Below, one piece after another: positions 9,445 to 19,691 of a stretch of 64,000 nt of DNA. Where the stretch lies: NCBI GenBank assembly GCA_017935245.1, contig JAGBHZ010000004.1, positions 1,305 to 65,304 of the forward strand, written 5' to 3'. The notes below the pieces were generated by a model. It was not told the origin of the DNA. It saw only the letters and a list, made by a program, of their open reading frames with translations, and ran no database searches. The position numbers were made by a program, and so were the translations under genes. This DNA comes from Alphaproteobacteria bacterium. GTDB lineage: Bacteria; Pseudomonadota; Alphaproteobacteria; Rs-D84. How positions within the stretch are numbered: the stretch's first letter is position 1; each line of letters starts with the position of its first letter.

Positions 9445-12400
9445 ATGAAAAAACACCTTTGCAATATTATGGTTGGGGTATCGGCGTTACCCGCAATGTT
9501 TATTATGCCGGCAATGTCTGAAACAATTACCCAACGCCAGGTAATTTCAACAAATACCACATATAACAACGCAATCGCAGAAAACATCGCATCAACAACC
9601 GCAAATAACGGTGGTGTATTTTATATGCAAGACGTGCCAGATGTATTACTGGCGTTTGAAGGGGACACACTGTTTTCGGGAAATTCGCTAAACAATGGCG
9701 GTATGGGTGGTGCAATTGGAAATGGATGGTTGTCTTCGACATCGGGATCGGGGTACACCCAGGGTGGAAAAATTGTTTTTGCCGGCGCCACAACTTTTGA
9801 TAACAACTCAACCAACAATATAAACGGTGGTGGCGCAATTTTTAACTATGGCATGGGGAACGCAACGTCGCCCGATATTATATTCAATGATGACGCAACA
9901 TTTTCTAATAACCAAGTAACAGGAACCAGCAACAGCGTCCATGCCGGTGGTGGCGCAATAAACCATCGAAATGGCATGATTGTGTTTAACAGTGGGGCCG
10001 ACTTCACCGGCAACCAATCGCAATCCCAAGGTGGCGCAATTATAACCGCAGGCGACATAATTTTTAATGGCCAAACAAATTTTCAAAACAATAGCGCAAC
10101 AAAAAACGGTGGTGCATTGGCAATAAAGGGCGGGAATACTGCGTTTGATATGGATGCGTCTTTTTCTGGCAATACCGCAGGTGGTGCATCAGCAATCTAT
10201 CTGGGCGAAGGGGCAAAAAAACTGGAATTCAAAGGTACGGCTAATTTTTCCGAGAACACGGGGGTTGGGACACTGTTAAACAATTCGGCAAACGCAAGTG
10301 TTACATTTGCCAATGGCGCAACATTTAACAAAAATACGAATAATTATAATGGGGCACTGGTCAATACAGGAACTGTTTCTTTGACCGGTGGTGATTTTAT
10401 ATTTACCAATAACACCGGCAGCAATGGCGGCGGTCTGAAAAATTCTGGTACAGTTACAGCAAACACAAATGGGAAAATACTGTTTGATGCCAACACAACA
10501 ACCAGTACAGCGGGCGCGTTGGATAATGGCGGTAATATAATGCTTGGCGCATCCAACGTATCTTTTACCGAGAATACCGCAAATGCTGGATATGGTGGCG
10601 CAATATTTAATGCCGCAGACATAACAATACACGGTACAACAAACGTGTTCTCAAACAATACAGCCAATGACAGTGGCACAATCAAAAGTGGCGGTGGCGC
10701 AATACACAATCGCGGTAATACAAATACAGCAACACTAATTATCGGCACCACAGGCAACACAAATTCATTTACCGCCAATAATTCTGGTGCATATGGTGGC
10801 GCAATTGTTAATCGCGCATTTGACGGTGCAGGACAAGACGCAGAAATTATTATCAATGGCAACACATCGTTTTCGAACAACCAATCCGCATTGGATGGTG
10901 GTGCAATTTGGAACATGGTCGCGGCGGGTGATGATGGAACAACCGGCACGTCAACAATCGTATTTAATGGCGATACCACATTTTCAGACAATATCGCCAA
11001 TGGATTGGGTGGCGCAATATACAATAACGATACAATGACATTTGATGGCACCGCAAACTTTACCGGAAACACCGCAGGTGGATTGGCAAATGACATATTC
11101 AATAACGGTACGATTAAATTCAACGGCGACACACAAATTTCTGGTGGGATTAACGGAACCGGGACAATAAACATCGCGTCGGGCACAATGTTTAATATTG
11201 GAACATCTGATATAACCCAGGGGGCAATTATCTTGGACGGAACGATGTTGGCAACATTACGCAGTGGGAATAACGCACAGATTACTGTAAACAATGATGG
11301 TGGCTTCACAGGAAACGGCACATTAAAATTAGCCTTTGACAAGGCTGGAACATATCATGTTTTTGGCAACCAAACATTTAATAACGTAGATATTACCAGT
11401 TCTGTATATGATCTGGCATGGGATGGCGGAAGTGTTACCGCAACAATAAAATCTGTTGCAGATATTGCCCAACAGAATAACGTAACCCCAGATACCGCAC
11501 GGGTTATTTCGGGAACATCGGATTCTTCGTCGGCAAAACTGAACAACCTGGGCGTTTTATTCCAAGAAAAATTATCATCTGGCAAAGACGCCGATATTGC
11601 CGCCGTTGAACAGGCCGGACGTGCAATAAACCCAGAAAAAGAATCTGTATCACAGTCGGTCGGTACGTCAATTCAAAAAACAATCGCTTCAATTATATCA
11701 AACCGTATGGCAATGGATGGCCTGGGGCGCAGTGGTGGCGACAACACAATGGATTTTGGTGGCGTATGGGCCCAAGGGGTATATAACAAATCAAAACTGA
11801 ACAACGCATTTAATGGATATACCCGTGGCATTGCCGCCGGATTCGATGGAACAATTAACGATATATGGACACTGGGGGCGGGATATATGTTTTCACATTC
11901 CGATGTGCGTGGCGCCAGTCGCGATACCGACATAGATTCTTCGACCGTGTTCTTATACGGACAATACAAACCCAGCGCATGGTATGCAAATGCCATATTA
12001 AACTATACAATGTCTGATTACAGCGAAGATGGATCTGCATTAGGGGTTGCAATATCATCAGATTATGATGTTGATATATTTGGCGCACGCGTTGCATCGG
12101 GATATAACCTGGCCAGTGGCATAACCCCAGAAATCGCAATGGAATATATGCACATGGATGCATCTGATTATACAAACTCGTTGGGAATCAGAAACCATTT
12201 TAGTGATACAGACTATCTTAGCGCATCACTGGGTACAAAATATGAATTCGATTTATATTTTAACAATGGGTTAATAATTCGCCCCCAGATGCATTATGCA
12301 CTAAAATACGATCTGGTGTCGGATGATAACAATATCACGGTTACAATGCCAGGTGTAAATGCATACGTGTTGGGTGGCGAACGCCTGTCGCGGATTGCAA

Positions 12401-12525
12401 ACCTGGTTGGTATTGGTATCGGTATGAATTATATGGGCCTGGAAATGTCATTAAACTATGACATTGAATCCCGTGCCGATTATACATCCCAGACCGGACG
12501 TCTGAATTTCAGATATGAATTCTGA
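9445..12525 (+). CDS. Autotransporter with Pmp-like GGAI/FxxN repeat passenger
   Basis: Signal peptide; many GGA(I/L) and FxxN repeats; C-terminal barrel (GVWAQG...NFRYEF). Confidence 0.9.
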   Translation: MKKHLCNIMVGVSALPAMFIMPAMSETITQRQVISTNTTYNNAIAENIASTTANNGGVFYMQDVPDVLLAFEGDTLFSGNSLNNGGMGGAIGNGWLSSTSGSGYTQGGKIVFAGATTFDNNSTNNINGGGAIFNYGMGNATSPDIIFNDDATFSNNQVTGTSNSVHAGGGAINHRNGMIVFNSGADFTGNQSQSQGGAIITAGDIIFNGQTNFQNNSATKNGGALAIKGGNTAFDMDASFSGNTAGGASAIYLGEGAKKLEFKGTANFSENTGVGTLLNNSANASVTFANGATFNKNTNNYNGALVNTGTVSLTGGDFIFTNNTGSNGGGLKNSGTVTANTNGKILFDANTTTSTAGALDNGGNIMLGASNVSFTENTANAGYGGAIFNAADITIHGTTNVFSNNTANDSGTIKSGGGAIHNRGNTNTATLIIGTTGNTNSFTANNSGAYGGAIVNRAFDGAGQDAEIIINGNTSFSNNQSALDGGAIWNMVAAGDDGTTGTSTIVFNGDTTFSDNIANGLGGAIYNNDTMTFDGTANFTGNTAGGLANDIFNNGTIKFNGDTQISGGINGTGTINIASGTMFNIGTSDITQGAIILDGTMLATLRSGNNAQITVNNDGGFTGNGTLKLAFDKAGTYHVFGNQTFNNVDITSSVYDLAWDGGSVTATIKSVADIAQQNNVTPDTARVISGTSDSSSAKLNNLGVLFQEKLSSGKDADIAAVEQAGRAINPEKESVSQSVGTSIQKTIASIISNRMAMDGLGRSGGDNTMDFGGVWAQGVYNKSKLNNAFNGYTRGIAAGFDGTINDIWTLGAGYMFSHSDVRGASRDTDIDSSTVFLYGQYKPSAWYANAILNYTMSDYSEDGSALGVAISSDYDVDIFGARVASGYNLASGITPEIAMEYMHMDASDYTNSLGIRNHFSDTDYLSASLGTKYEFDLYFNNGLIIRPQMHYALKYDLVSDDNNITVTMPGVNAYVLGGERLSRIANLVGIGIGMNYMGLEMSLNYDIESRADYTSQTGRLNFRYEF

Positions 12526-12622
12526 TTTTGCCCCCCAATCTTGGGGGGTGTTTTTTCCTGTTCAATATTATATTATATGGTTTATAATACTGGTACTGAT
12601 AGAAACAAAAAAAGGAGACCAC

Positions 12623-13057
12623 ATGAAATTTAAACTGTTTGCAATTGGCGCGTGCGCATTAACACTGGCGGCGTGCGATATGGGCGCACAAAACCCAGAT
12701 ATGTTAAAAGGGAAATACTTTGTCGCGAACCAGCCCGACGCCACAATCGTATTAACATTTGCACCCGACGAAATGCGCGTTAATGGGCGTGTTGTGAACC
12801 TGTATAATGGGACATATACCGCCGATGGCGACAATATTAAATTTGACGGTTTTGCATCAACAATGATGATGGGCGAACCAAATGCGATGGCCGCAGAAAC
12901 AGAATATTTCCAGTTTATGCCAACCGTTGAAAAATACGAATTGCGCGATGGTATATTGACACTGACGGCGGGCGACGGCACCGAAATCGTATTCACGATG
13001 GTTGAAAACGACCCATTGGCGACCAACGAAACCCCGGGTGACGCGGTGGCGGAATAA
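12623..13057 (+). CDS. META domain (HslJ-like) lipoprotein
   Basis: AAGGAG SD; lipobox LAAC; NxYNGTY...FASTMM...E...LTL pattern. Confidence 0.8.
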   Translation: MKFKLFAIGACALTLAACDMGAQNPDMLKGKYFVANQPDATIVLTFAPDEMRVNGRVVNLYNGTYTADGDNIKFDGFASTMMMGEPNAMAAETEYFQFMPTVEKYELRDGILTLTAGDGTEIVFTMVENDPLATNETPGDAVAE

Positions 13058-13122
13058 AAACTTGACACAGAAAAAAAATACATGTATAATTTGCCGGCGT
13101 TCGATGTGAACACGGCAGTTTT

Positions 13123-13198
13123 GGCCCCATCGTCTAGAGGCCTAGGACACCGCCCTTTCAAGGCGAGAACACCGGTTCGAATCCGGTTGGGGCTGCCA
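13123..13198 (+). tRNA. tRNA-Glu(TTC)
   Basis: GGCCCCATCGTCTAGAGGCCTAGGAC...CTTTCAA anticodon loop...GGTTCGAATCC...GCCA. Confidence 0.95.
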
Positions 13199-13229
13199 AA
13201 AATAAAAAGACCACCAAACGGTGGTCGTT

Positions 13230-13796
13230 TTATTTTGTAATGGATTTTCTGAATTTTATTAAATTTGTAATTGTTGGATTACGTTTGGATATTGGCACAT
13301 TATGTTTAATATCTTCAATTGTATAATTGTTGCGCGCCAATATCGATTTTGACCTTTCGTTTGTATGAACAACACTGGCGTATAATGATTGTAAATTTAA
13401 TTGATTCAGTGAATAATCTTCTATTTTTTTTATCGATTGCGTGGCAACACCAAGACCTTCGTTTTCTTGGGAAACCCAAAACCAAATCTCGGCATCGTGC
13501 GATATTGGACTAATATTATCCAGCCCAATCATCCCAGCAACAGAATTATCCCGCATAATAACAAACGGCGCATCGTGTACACTGTTTGTTATTTTATGTT
13601 TTATATTTTTATAATATATATCAACCACATAGGCAACCATAAACAAAACAGTCTTGGAAAGGGTTGGGGTAACGTTCTTATTTGCCCAAAAAAAGTAAGA
13701 TTCCAGGCGCACACGATTTGAATCCAAAACACGATAAAAATCATGCGAATGTCGCCAAAGTAATGCAAAATCTAATTTTTTTAATTCAATATCCAT
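13230..13796 (-). CDS. RimJ/RimL-family GNAT acetyltransferase
   Basis: AEIWFWVSQENEGLGVAT...NERS motifs; start MDIEL. Confidence 0.85.
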   Translation of the reverse strand: MDIELKKLDFALLWRHSHDFYRVLDSNRVRLESYFFWANKNVTPTLSKTVLFMVAYVVDIYYKNIKHKITNSVHDAPFVIMRDNSVAGMIGLDNISPISHDAEIWFWVSQENEGLGVATQSIKKIEDYSLNQLNLQSLYASVVHTNERSKSILARNNYTIEDIKHNVPISKRNPTITNLIKFRKSITK

Positions 13797-13899
13797 ACCA
13801 GAACAATAACACACAAACGCCTTTTGTCAATATATATCTTTGGTTACCACGCCCCCTGCCCCGCTCAAACACAATAAATTACACAGGGCGCCCGCCGGT

Positions 13900-14232
13900 T
13901 TAGCCGTGGTGTGATGCCAGGTGTAACAAAACACTGATGATAAATAATACGGTAATCACGGTCATGATTATTTTCTGGGGACGGTGCGAACGATTCCCGC
14001 CACAGTGTTCACACGAACAACGACAATCACGCGCAACCAAATACCACGAAAACACCAACATTAACCCAGAAACCACAAACAACCATGGTTCCAACCAATG
14101 TGGAATCAGATGAAAATGCGCAGATTCCGGCGCAATTAAACCAATCAACGACAATGCAATCGGCATGCCACAACAAAAAATATGCGGCACAATTGATGCA
14201 ATAATTCCAATTTTTACGGCTTTGTTCTTCAT
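13900..14232 (-). CDS. MerC/MerT-like small metal-binding membrane protein
   Basis: About 3 TM segments, HIFCC pair in TM1, CRCSCEHC loop, several His. Confidence 0.55.
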   Translation of the reverse strand: MKNKAVKIGIIASIVPHIFCCGMPIALSLIGLIAPESAHFHLIPHWLEPWLFVVSGLMLVFSWYLVARDCRCSCEHCGGNRSHRPQKIIMTVITVLFIISVLLHLASHHG

Positions 14233-14361
14233 ACAACATGGTCCCTTTTGCGGACGATTATAATGTTTTTTTTGCGTCTGTAAATTATAAAATACAAGAT
14301 AAAAATCATTGTTGACAATATTTTTATTTGTGTTATTATCTTGCACAGAAAAACAAACAAG

Positions 14362-15297
14362 ATGATAACAATGGAAAAATTAAAAACATATTTTGCATTA
14401 AAAGACGGCCCAAACAATTCATGTTTTTACAGTTGGAATGCGCCTGTATTTTTATTCGCAAACGAAAACATATCGGGATACCTGGGGCAGATTAAGCCAA
14501 TTGATGGCAAGCGAGTCCTGACGGTGGCGGCCGGTGGCGACCACGCATTTGAAGCGTTATTGGCGGGCGCCAAGGGGGTTGATATGTTCGACATCAATTA
14601 CCTGCAAAAACACGTTGTAGAATTAAAATCCAAGATAATCAAGCATTTATCATACACGGATTTTATGCGGTTTTTCTTTGACAAGAAAAATTTCTTTAAC
14701 CACGAAATTATACGCCCAATATGGAAAACTTTTTCCGGGGGATTGCGCACATTTTTGTTGATGTATTACAGAAGCCAAGACAATCGTTTATTTCGATATT
14801 CTTCGGCCCAGCACAACGATTATGATATCAGCCAGATTTCATATATCGCAAGCGAATCTGAATACAAAAAACTGGGGCAGATAATGCCCGACAACCTTAG
14901 ATTCGTCCAGGGCGATATCACAGAAATCACAACACTGTTTCAAGAAAAATATGATTTGGTCATGCTGTCTAATATTTTTGAATATATGTATCCTGGAGCA
15001 AATGACGCGTCTATGAAATTGTCAAAGTTTTATAACAATATATTATGCCCAATTGCGGATAACAATCTGACGACGGATGGGGGACAGATATGCTTTCATT
15101 ATGCATGGGCGGTAAATTTGCCACAATGGACAGAATTTATTAATGCGTTTTCACGATATAAAAATCAGTCTATTGACGATTTCAATCCATGTAAACACGA
15201 TATTAATTTGGTCGCATTCCCGTCAATCCGCCAAGATATTCCACAATCACCAGACACCCCAGATATCGTATTAACAATGACACAACATACGCGATAG
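14362..15297 (+). CDS. DUF3419/BtaA-like SAM-binding protein (paralog 1)
   Basis: FANENI...VLTVAAGGD...DMFDIN..Q...ELK...YDLVMLSNIFEY; start may be 14371. Confidence 0.65.
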   Translation: MITMEKLKTYFALKDGPNNSCFYSWNAPVFLFANENISGYLGQIKPIDGKRVLTVAAGGDHAFEALLAGAKGVDMFDINYLQKHVVELKSKIIKHLSYTDFMRFFFDKKNFFNHEIIRPIWKTFSGGLRTFLLMYYRSQDNRLFRYSSAQHNDYDISQISYIASESEYKKLGQIMPDNLRFVQGDITEITTLFQEKYDLVMLSNIFEYMYPGANDASMKLSKFYNNILCPIADNNLTTDGGQICFHYAWAVNLPQWTEFINAFSRYKNQSIDDFNPCKHDINLVAFPSIRQDIPQSPDTPDIVLTMTQHTR

Positions 15298-15299
15298 CA

Positions 15300-16226
15300 A
15301 TGTTTCGACATATGCCTGATTTTAATCGTGAAATCAAACCCGCCGGTGATAATCATAACGCATTTGGGCGGGCATACCTGTTCACAAATGAAAATGTGGG
15401 CGGATATATCAACCAACTGGACATGCATGGGGGGCACATTTTATCCGTGGCGGCCGGTGGCGATCATGCGTTTGAATCACTATTAAACGGGGCCAAGGTT
15501 GTTGATTTGTTTGATATTAACTATGCCCAGAAAGTAATTGTTGAATTAAAAAGCCATATGATTAAATCTTTGCCGTACGAAGATTTTATGGATTTCTTTT
15601 TTGAAAGAAAGCATTTCATGGACAGAAAAATTATAGAACCAATTTATAATGATTTTTCGCGTGAATTGGCACTGTACATAGATTGGTATTATTGCATGGG
15701 AAACTGTGCCCCGCGACACATGTTCGTATATGGAACCAACCCAACATGGGCGGGATATGACATTAATAAAATTTCCTATATTGCCAGCCCTGAAAAATAC
15801 AAAACACTGGCAAAACGATTACCAAACAAAATTAACTTTATACATACTGGCATCGAAGATTTAGCCGGTAAAAACAATCAAAAATACGACTTTATTTTTA
15901 TGTCAAACATTTTTGATTATATTCTTTGTGATATCCCAGATAATGACCTGGCACTGGTTCAAATGTATAACAATGTAATAAAGCCACTGGCTGAAAATAA
16001 TCTAAGTAATGAAAACGGACAGATAATGTTCCACTATATGTGGAATGGACACGGCATTTCACGACCAGATTTAATGTTCGAATGGAAAAATTTTGCAAAA
16101 AAATTTAATCGCATAAAAAAAGACGCCGGCCAAAAAATGAAATCCATCTGTGTGCCATCGCCAATCTTAAAGTCATCCAAGCAAGACATTATTTTGTGTA
16201 TGACACAAAACCAAAAAATCAGATAA
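15300..16226 (+). CDS. DUF3419/BtaA-like SAM-binding protein (paralog 2)
   Basis: FTNENV...ILSVAAGGD...DLFDIN..Q...ELK...YDFIFMSNIFDY; tandem paralog of the upstream gene. Confidence 0.65.
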   Translation: MFRHMPDFNREIKPAGDNHNAFGRAYLFTNENVGGYINQLDMHGGHILSVAAGGDHAFESLLNGAKVVDLFDINYAQKVIVELKSHMIKSLPYEDFMDFFFERKHFMDRKIIEPIYNDFSRELALYIDWYYCMGNCAPRHMFVYGTNPTWAGYDINKISYIASPEKYKTLAKRLPNKINFIHTGIEDLAGKNNQKYDFIFMSNIFDYILCDIPDNDLALVQMYNNVIKPLAENNLSNENGQIMFHYMWNGHGISRPDLMFEWKNFAKKFNRIKKDAGQKMKSICVPSPILKSSKQDIILCMTQNQKIR

Positions 16227-16236
16227 TCAAACAATC

Positions 16237-16312
16237 TGGCATCCCCAACAGGAATCGAACCTGTATCTAATTCTTAGGAGGAATTTGTTCTATCCAATTG
16301 AACTATGGGGAC
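16237..16312 (-). tRNA. tRNA-Arg(CCT)
   Basis: Reverse complement GTCCCCATAGTTCAATTGGATAGAAC-AATTC-CTCCTAA-GAATT...GGTTCGATTCC...GCCA. Confidence 0.95.
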
Positions 16313-16411
16313 ATGCGTACCATTATAATATTCCCAACAATTAAATATTGCAAGATGGAATTCACCCATGTATAATGCGGGGGCATTTTTAATCGAAGGG
16401 AAACATAATTT

Positions 16412-17350
16412 ATGGGCAATAAACTTGTTGGATATGGCGCATATCTACCAGAACGCGTTATGACCAATGCTGATTTTGAAAAAATTATGGATACGTCGGA
16501 TGACTGGATTGTATCGCGTACCGGCATCCGTGAACGACACATTGCACGGGACAATGAAACCGTTGCCGACATGGCCGTTTTTGCCGCCCAGCGCGCGTTG
16601 GATAAAGCGGCCTTGGAGATTGATGATATTGACCTGTTAATCGTTGCAACAACAACACCCGAATTGGACTTTCCATCGGTCGGGGTCCAGGTATTGGGAC
16701 GATTGGGCGCAACAAAAAACCAACCGGCGTTTGATGTGCGTGGCGCATGCACGGGATTTATATACGCACTGCATACGGCACGGGCATTTTTTACCGCCGG
16801 CATGCATAGGCGCATCATGATTATTGGCGCAGAAAAAATGTCGCGATTTATCGACTGGACCGATCGCAGTACGGCTGTATTATTCGGCGATGGTGCCGGC
16901 GCACTGATTTTTGAACATTCCACATCCAGTTATTCTGGAATTATCGATACGGTTGTAATGGCAGATGGCGCGGGATTTGATATGCTGCACGGGACAGACG
17001 ATCATAAAATCGCAATGAACGGCCCAGAAACATATAAACGCGCGGTTATGTCAATGCCACATGCCGCACGATACATAATGGATCACGCGGGAATCACGGC
17101 GGATAATGTCGATTGGATTATCCCGCACCAGGCAAACCAGCGCATTATCGAAAGCTGTGCGGAACGCCTGGAATTTCCACTGGACAAAATTTTGATTACA
17201 GTGGACAAGCACGCAAATACCAGTGGCGCATCCGGTGTTTTAGCACTGGCATATGCGTTTGATAATGGTATAATACGTCGTGGACAATTAATTTTATATC
17301 CCGCCTTTGGCAGTGGTCTGACCTGGGGGGCGGCATTAATAAGGGTGTAA
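16412..17350 (+). CDS. fabH: 3-oxoacyl-ACP synthase III
   Basis: ACTGF, FGDGAGA, PHQAN, ANTSGAS, FGSGLTWG motifs. Confidence 0.95.
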   Translation: MGNKLVGYGAYLPERVMTNADFEKIMDTSDDWIVSRTGIRERHIARDNETVADMAVFAAQRALDKAALEIDDIDLLIVATTTPELDFPSVGVQVLGRLGATKNQPAFDVRGACTGFIYALHTARAFFTAGMHRRIMIIGAEKMSRFIDWTDRSTAVLFGDGAGALIFEHSTSSYSGIIDTVVMADGAGFDMLHGTDDHKIAMNGPETYKRAVMSMPHAARYIMDHAGITADNVDWIIPHQANQRIIESCAERLEFPLDKILITVDKHANTSGASGVLALAYAFDNGIIRRGQLILYPAFGSGLTWGAALIRV

Positions 17351-17353
17351 AAA

Positions 17354-17641
17354 ATGGCAACAGTAACAAGAAGTGATTTAGCAGATAAACTGCGTGAACG
17401 TTTTGGATTAACGTCGGCAGATGCGTATAAGTTAATTGATATAATCTTTGATGAAATTGGTGAATCCTTGACCAACGGAGAAGAGGTTAAATTTGCCGGT
17501 TTCGGAACATTTAAAATTCTATCCAAAAATGCGCGCATGGGTCGAAACCCAAAAACCGGTGAACCGGCCGTTATTACCGCACGCAATGTCGTAACATTTC
17601 GCCCAAGTACGGAATTTAGAAACCGTGTGGCAAAAAAATAA
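17354..17641 (+). CDS. ihfA: Integration host factor alpha subunit
   Basis: GFGTF...RMGRNPKTGE...VVTFRPS; follows fabH as in alphaproteobacteria. Confidence 0.88.
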   Translation: MATVTRSDLADKLRERFGLTSADAYKLIDIIFDEIGESLTNGEEVKFAGFGTFKILSKNARMGRNPKTGEPAVITARNVVTFRPSTEFRNRVAKK

Positions 17642-17665
17642 AAACCGCCAATTGGCGGTTTTTTT
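17641..17665. terminator. Bidirectional intrinsic terminator
   Basis: AAAACCGCC-AATT-GGCGGTTTTTTT between convergent ihfA and ferredoxin. Confidence 0.8.
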
Positions 17666-17840
17666 ATTCGTGGGCAATCGCACCAACCGGACATATTGCC
17701 GCGCATGTGCCACATGAAATGCATTTCGTTGCATCAATCACACATTTACCGTCGGCATCAACCGAAATCGCACCAACCGGGCACATGCCCATACAACTGT
17801 GGCAACCAATACATTTATTTTTATCTATTTTATACGCCAT
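17664..17840 (-). CDS. 2x[4Fe-4S] ferredoxin (58 aa, not in the ORF track)
   Basis: Translated by hand: MAYKIDKNKCIGCHSCMGMCPVGAISVDADGKCVIDATKCISCGTCAAICPVGAIAHE; two CxxCxxCxxxCP motifs. Confidence 0.92.
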   Translation of the reverse strand: MAYKIDKNKCIGCHSCMGMCPVGAISVDADGKCVIDATKCISCGTCAAICPVGAIAHE

Positions 17841-17867
17841 TTTTTACATCCCTTTTTTTGTTTTTTA

Positions 17868-18614
17868 CTATTCGCGATTAAACAAACTTAACAGATATTC
17901 GAACATCGCAATGAACGAAATGTACAAATGCAATGCACCCAATACCGCCATTTGGTTTTTCTGGGTATCATCACTGATATAATTGTATGCATTTTTCAGG
18001 TTCTGCATGTCATATGCCGTGAACAGCGCGAATACCAAGACACCAATCAAACTGACCACGGTGGAAAAACCCGTCCCCAATGGGACAAATATTGATATCA
18101 CGCCAACCAAAATTAACCCAATCATGCCAATAAACAAGAATATACCAAGGAACGATAAATCCTTGACCGTTTTATATCCGAACATTGCCATGCACGCAAA
18201 CATCAGTGCCGCAACACCAAATGCCCATAAAATAGACGCTGGGTTAATCGATAATGACACCGCCAACAATGGAGTCATTGTTACACCAATTAATATCGCA
18301 TACAGCGCCAATAACCATGCCGCCGATGATGGCTTCATATGAAACACACGAACCTGGGCCCAGATGGACAATGCCAATCCACCAAACAGCAATACATAAT
18401 ATGTTGCCGAAAACCCAGTAAATGATGCATTAAACAAATGCACAAATGCGCCGGTGGCCAACATCAAAAATGCCGCAACACCCGTCAGTGCAACCGCACC
18501 AAACATTAATGCAAATATACGTTTCAGATATCCGTCGATACCGGTTGTTTGCGGTGCGCTACGCGAAATACGACGCGCCGTGGTATCGGTGATTTTTGAT
18601 TTTTTTGTAACCAT
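17868..18614 (-). CDS. Bax inhibitor-1/YccA family membrane protein
   Basis: About 7 TM segments; TxKDLS, TAYDxQ and GALxLY motifs. Confidence 0.9.
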   Translation of the reverse strand: MVTKKSKITDTTARRISRSAPQTTGIDGYLKRIFALMFGAVALTGVAAFLMLATGAFVHLFNASFTGFSATYYVLLFGGLALSIWAQVRVFHMKPSSAAWLLALYAILIGVTMTPLLAVSLSINPASILWAFGVAALMFACMAMFGYKTVKDLSFLGIFLFIGMIGLILVGVISIFVPLGTGFSTVVSLIGVLVFALFTAYDMQNLKNAYNYISDDTQKNQMAVLGALHLYISFIAMFEYLLSLFNRE

Positions 18615-18688
18615 TTTAAGTTTCTCCTTGTTGTATGATGAATATATAATATAATGCAGTTACGATTTCAAGATGAAAAGGATTTTTT

Positions 18689-19501
18689 ATGTCGCCAATC
18701 GTTATACAACAAATGAACCCCGTTGCATTTTCAATATTCGGCATGGATATACGTTGGTACGCATTGGCATATGTTGCCGCATTTGTTGTGGGATATTTTA
18801 TATTTAAGCACCTGATGCATCAACCAAACAGCGGGATTGAAATATCCAACAAAAAAATGGACGATTTGTTGACGGCAATTATATTGGGGGTTGTAATCGG
18901 GGGCCGCGTTGGGTACGTATTGTTTTATAATTTGGGGTACTTTGTGGCGCACCCATTGGAAATTTTTGCAGTTTGGCATGGCGGGATGAGTTTCCATGGT
19001 GGATTAGTCGGGGTGATTGCGGCAACGTTCTGGTTTGGATGGAAAAACAAGATTAATTCGTGGCGAATACTGGATTTATTGGCAATTGTTGCACCGATTG
19101 GATTATTTTTTGGACGAATTGCAAACTTTATAAACATGGAATTAATGGGATACGCATCAGATGTTCCGTGGGCGGTGGAATTTGTTGATAAGTCTGGAAA
19201 CGTATTGATACCGGCATCGCACCCCAGCCCGATTTACGAAGCATTAACCGAAGGCATATTGTTATTCGTATTAATGTATGTTTTGTATAAACGAACCAAA
19301 TTGCGCAATCATCCCGGCGCATTGGCCGGCATAATGGGTATGGGTTATGCCGTGGCGCGTATTGGATGTGAACAATTTCGTATCCCCGATGTCCAGGTTG
19401 GGTTCTTGGTTGGGAACTGGCTAACCATGGGGATGATGTTGTCGTTAATAATATTTTTTTGTGGTATGGCGATTTTTGTGTTTGCGTTTCGCAAAAAATA
19501 A
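18689..19501 (+). CDS. lgt: Prolipoprotein diacylglyceryl transferase
   Basis: IRWYALAY, GGRVGYVLFY, GGMSFHGG, GRIANFIN, HPSPIYE. Confidence 0.95.
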   Translation: MSPIVIQQMNPVAFSIFGMDIRWYALAYVAAFVVGYFIFKHLMHQPNSGIEISNKKMDDLLTAIILGVVIGGRVGYVLFYNLGYFVAHPLEIFAVWHGGMSFHGGLVGVIAATFWFGWKNKINSWRILDLLAIVAPIGLFFGRIANFINMELMGYASDVPWAVEFVDKSGNVLIPASHPSPIYEALTEGILLFVLMYVLYKRTKLRNHPGALAGIMGMGYAVARIGCEQFRIPDVQVGFLVGNWLTMGMMLSLIIFFCGMAIFVFAFRKK

Positions 19502-19548
19502 TGTACAATACGCCCCGTTGACCAGAAAAAAATGGGAAACAAAATCTA

Positions 19549-19638
19549 GGATGGTTGGCAGAGCGGTCGAATGCGGCGGTCTTGAAAACCGTTGATGGGG
19601 CAACCCATCCGGGGGTTCGAATCCCTCACCATCCGCCA
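19549..19638 (+). tRNA. tRNA-Ser(TGA)
   Basis: GGATGGT acceptor stem, GCGGT-CTTGAAA-ACCGT anticodon arm, long variable arm, GGTTCGAATCC, GCCA. Confidence 0.95.
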
Positions 19639-19691
19639 GAAATTTACCCACCCGATTTTGGGTGGCTTAATTTTTGTTGCGATGGTTATTT

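Noticed and set aside
10344-11342. 332 aa ORF antisense to the autotransporter, and similar shadow ORFs (16303-16923, 17083-17724, 58990-59595, 62559-63125)
   Set aside because: They are mirror frames of well-supported genes, produced by codon bias or repeats, with no motifs of their own.
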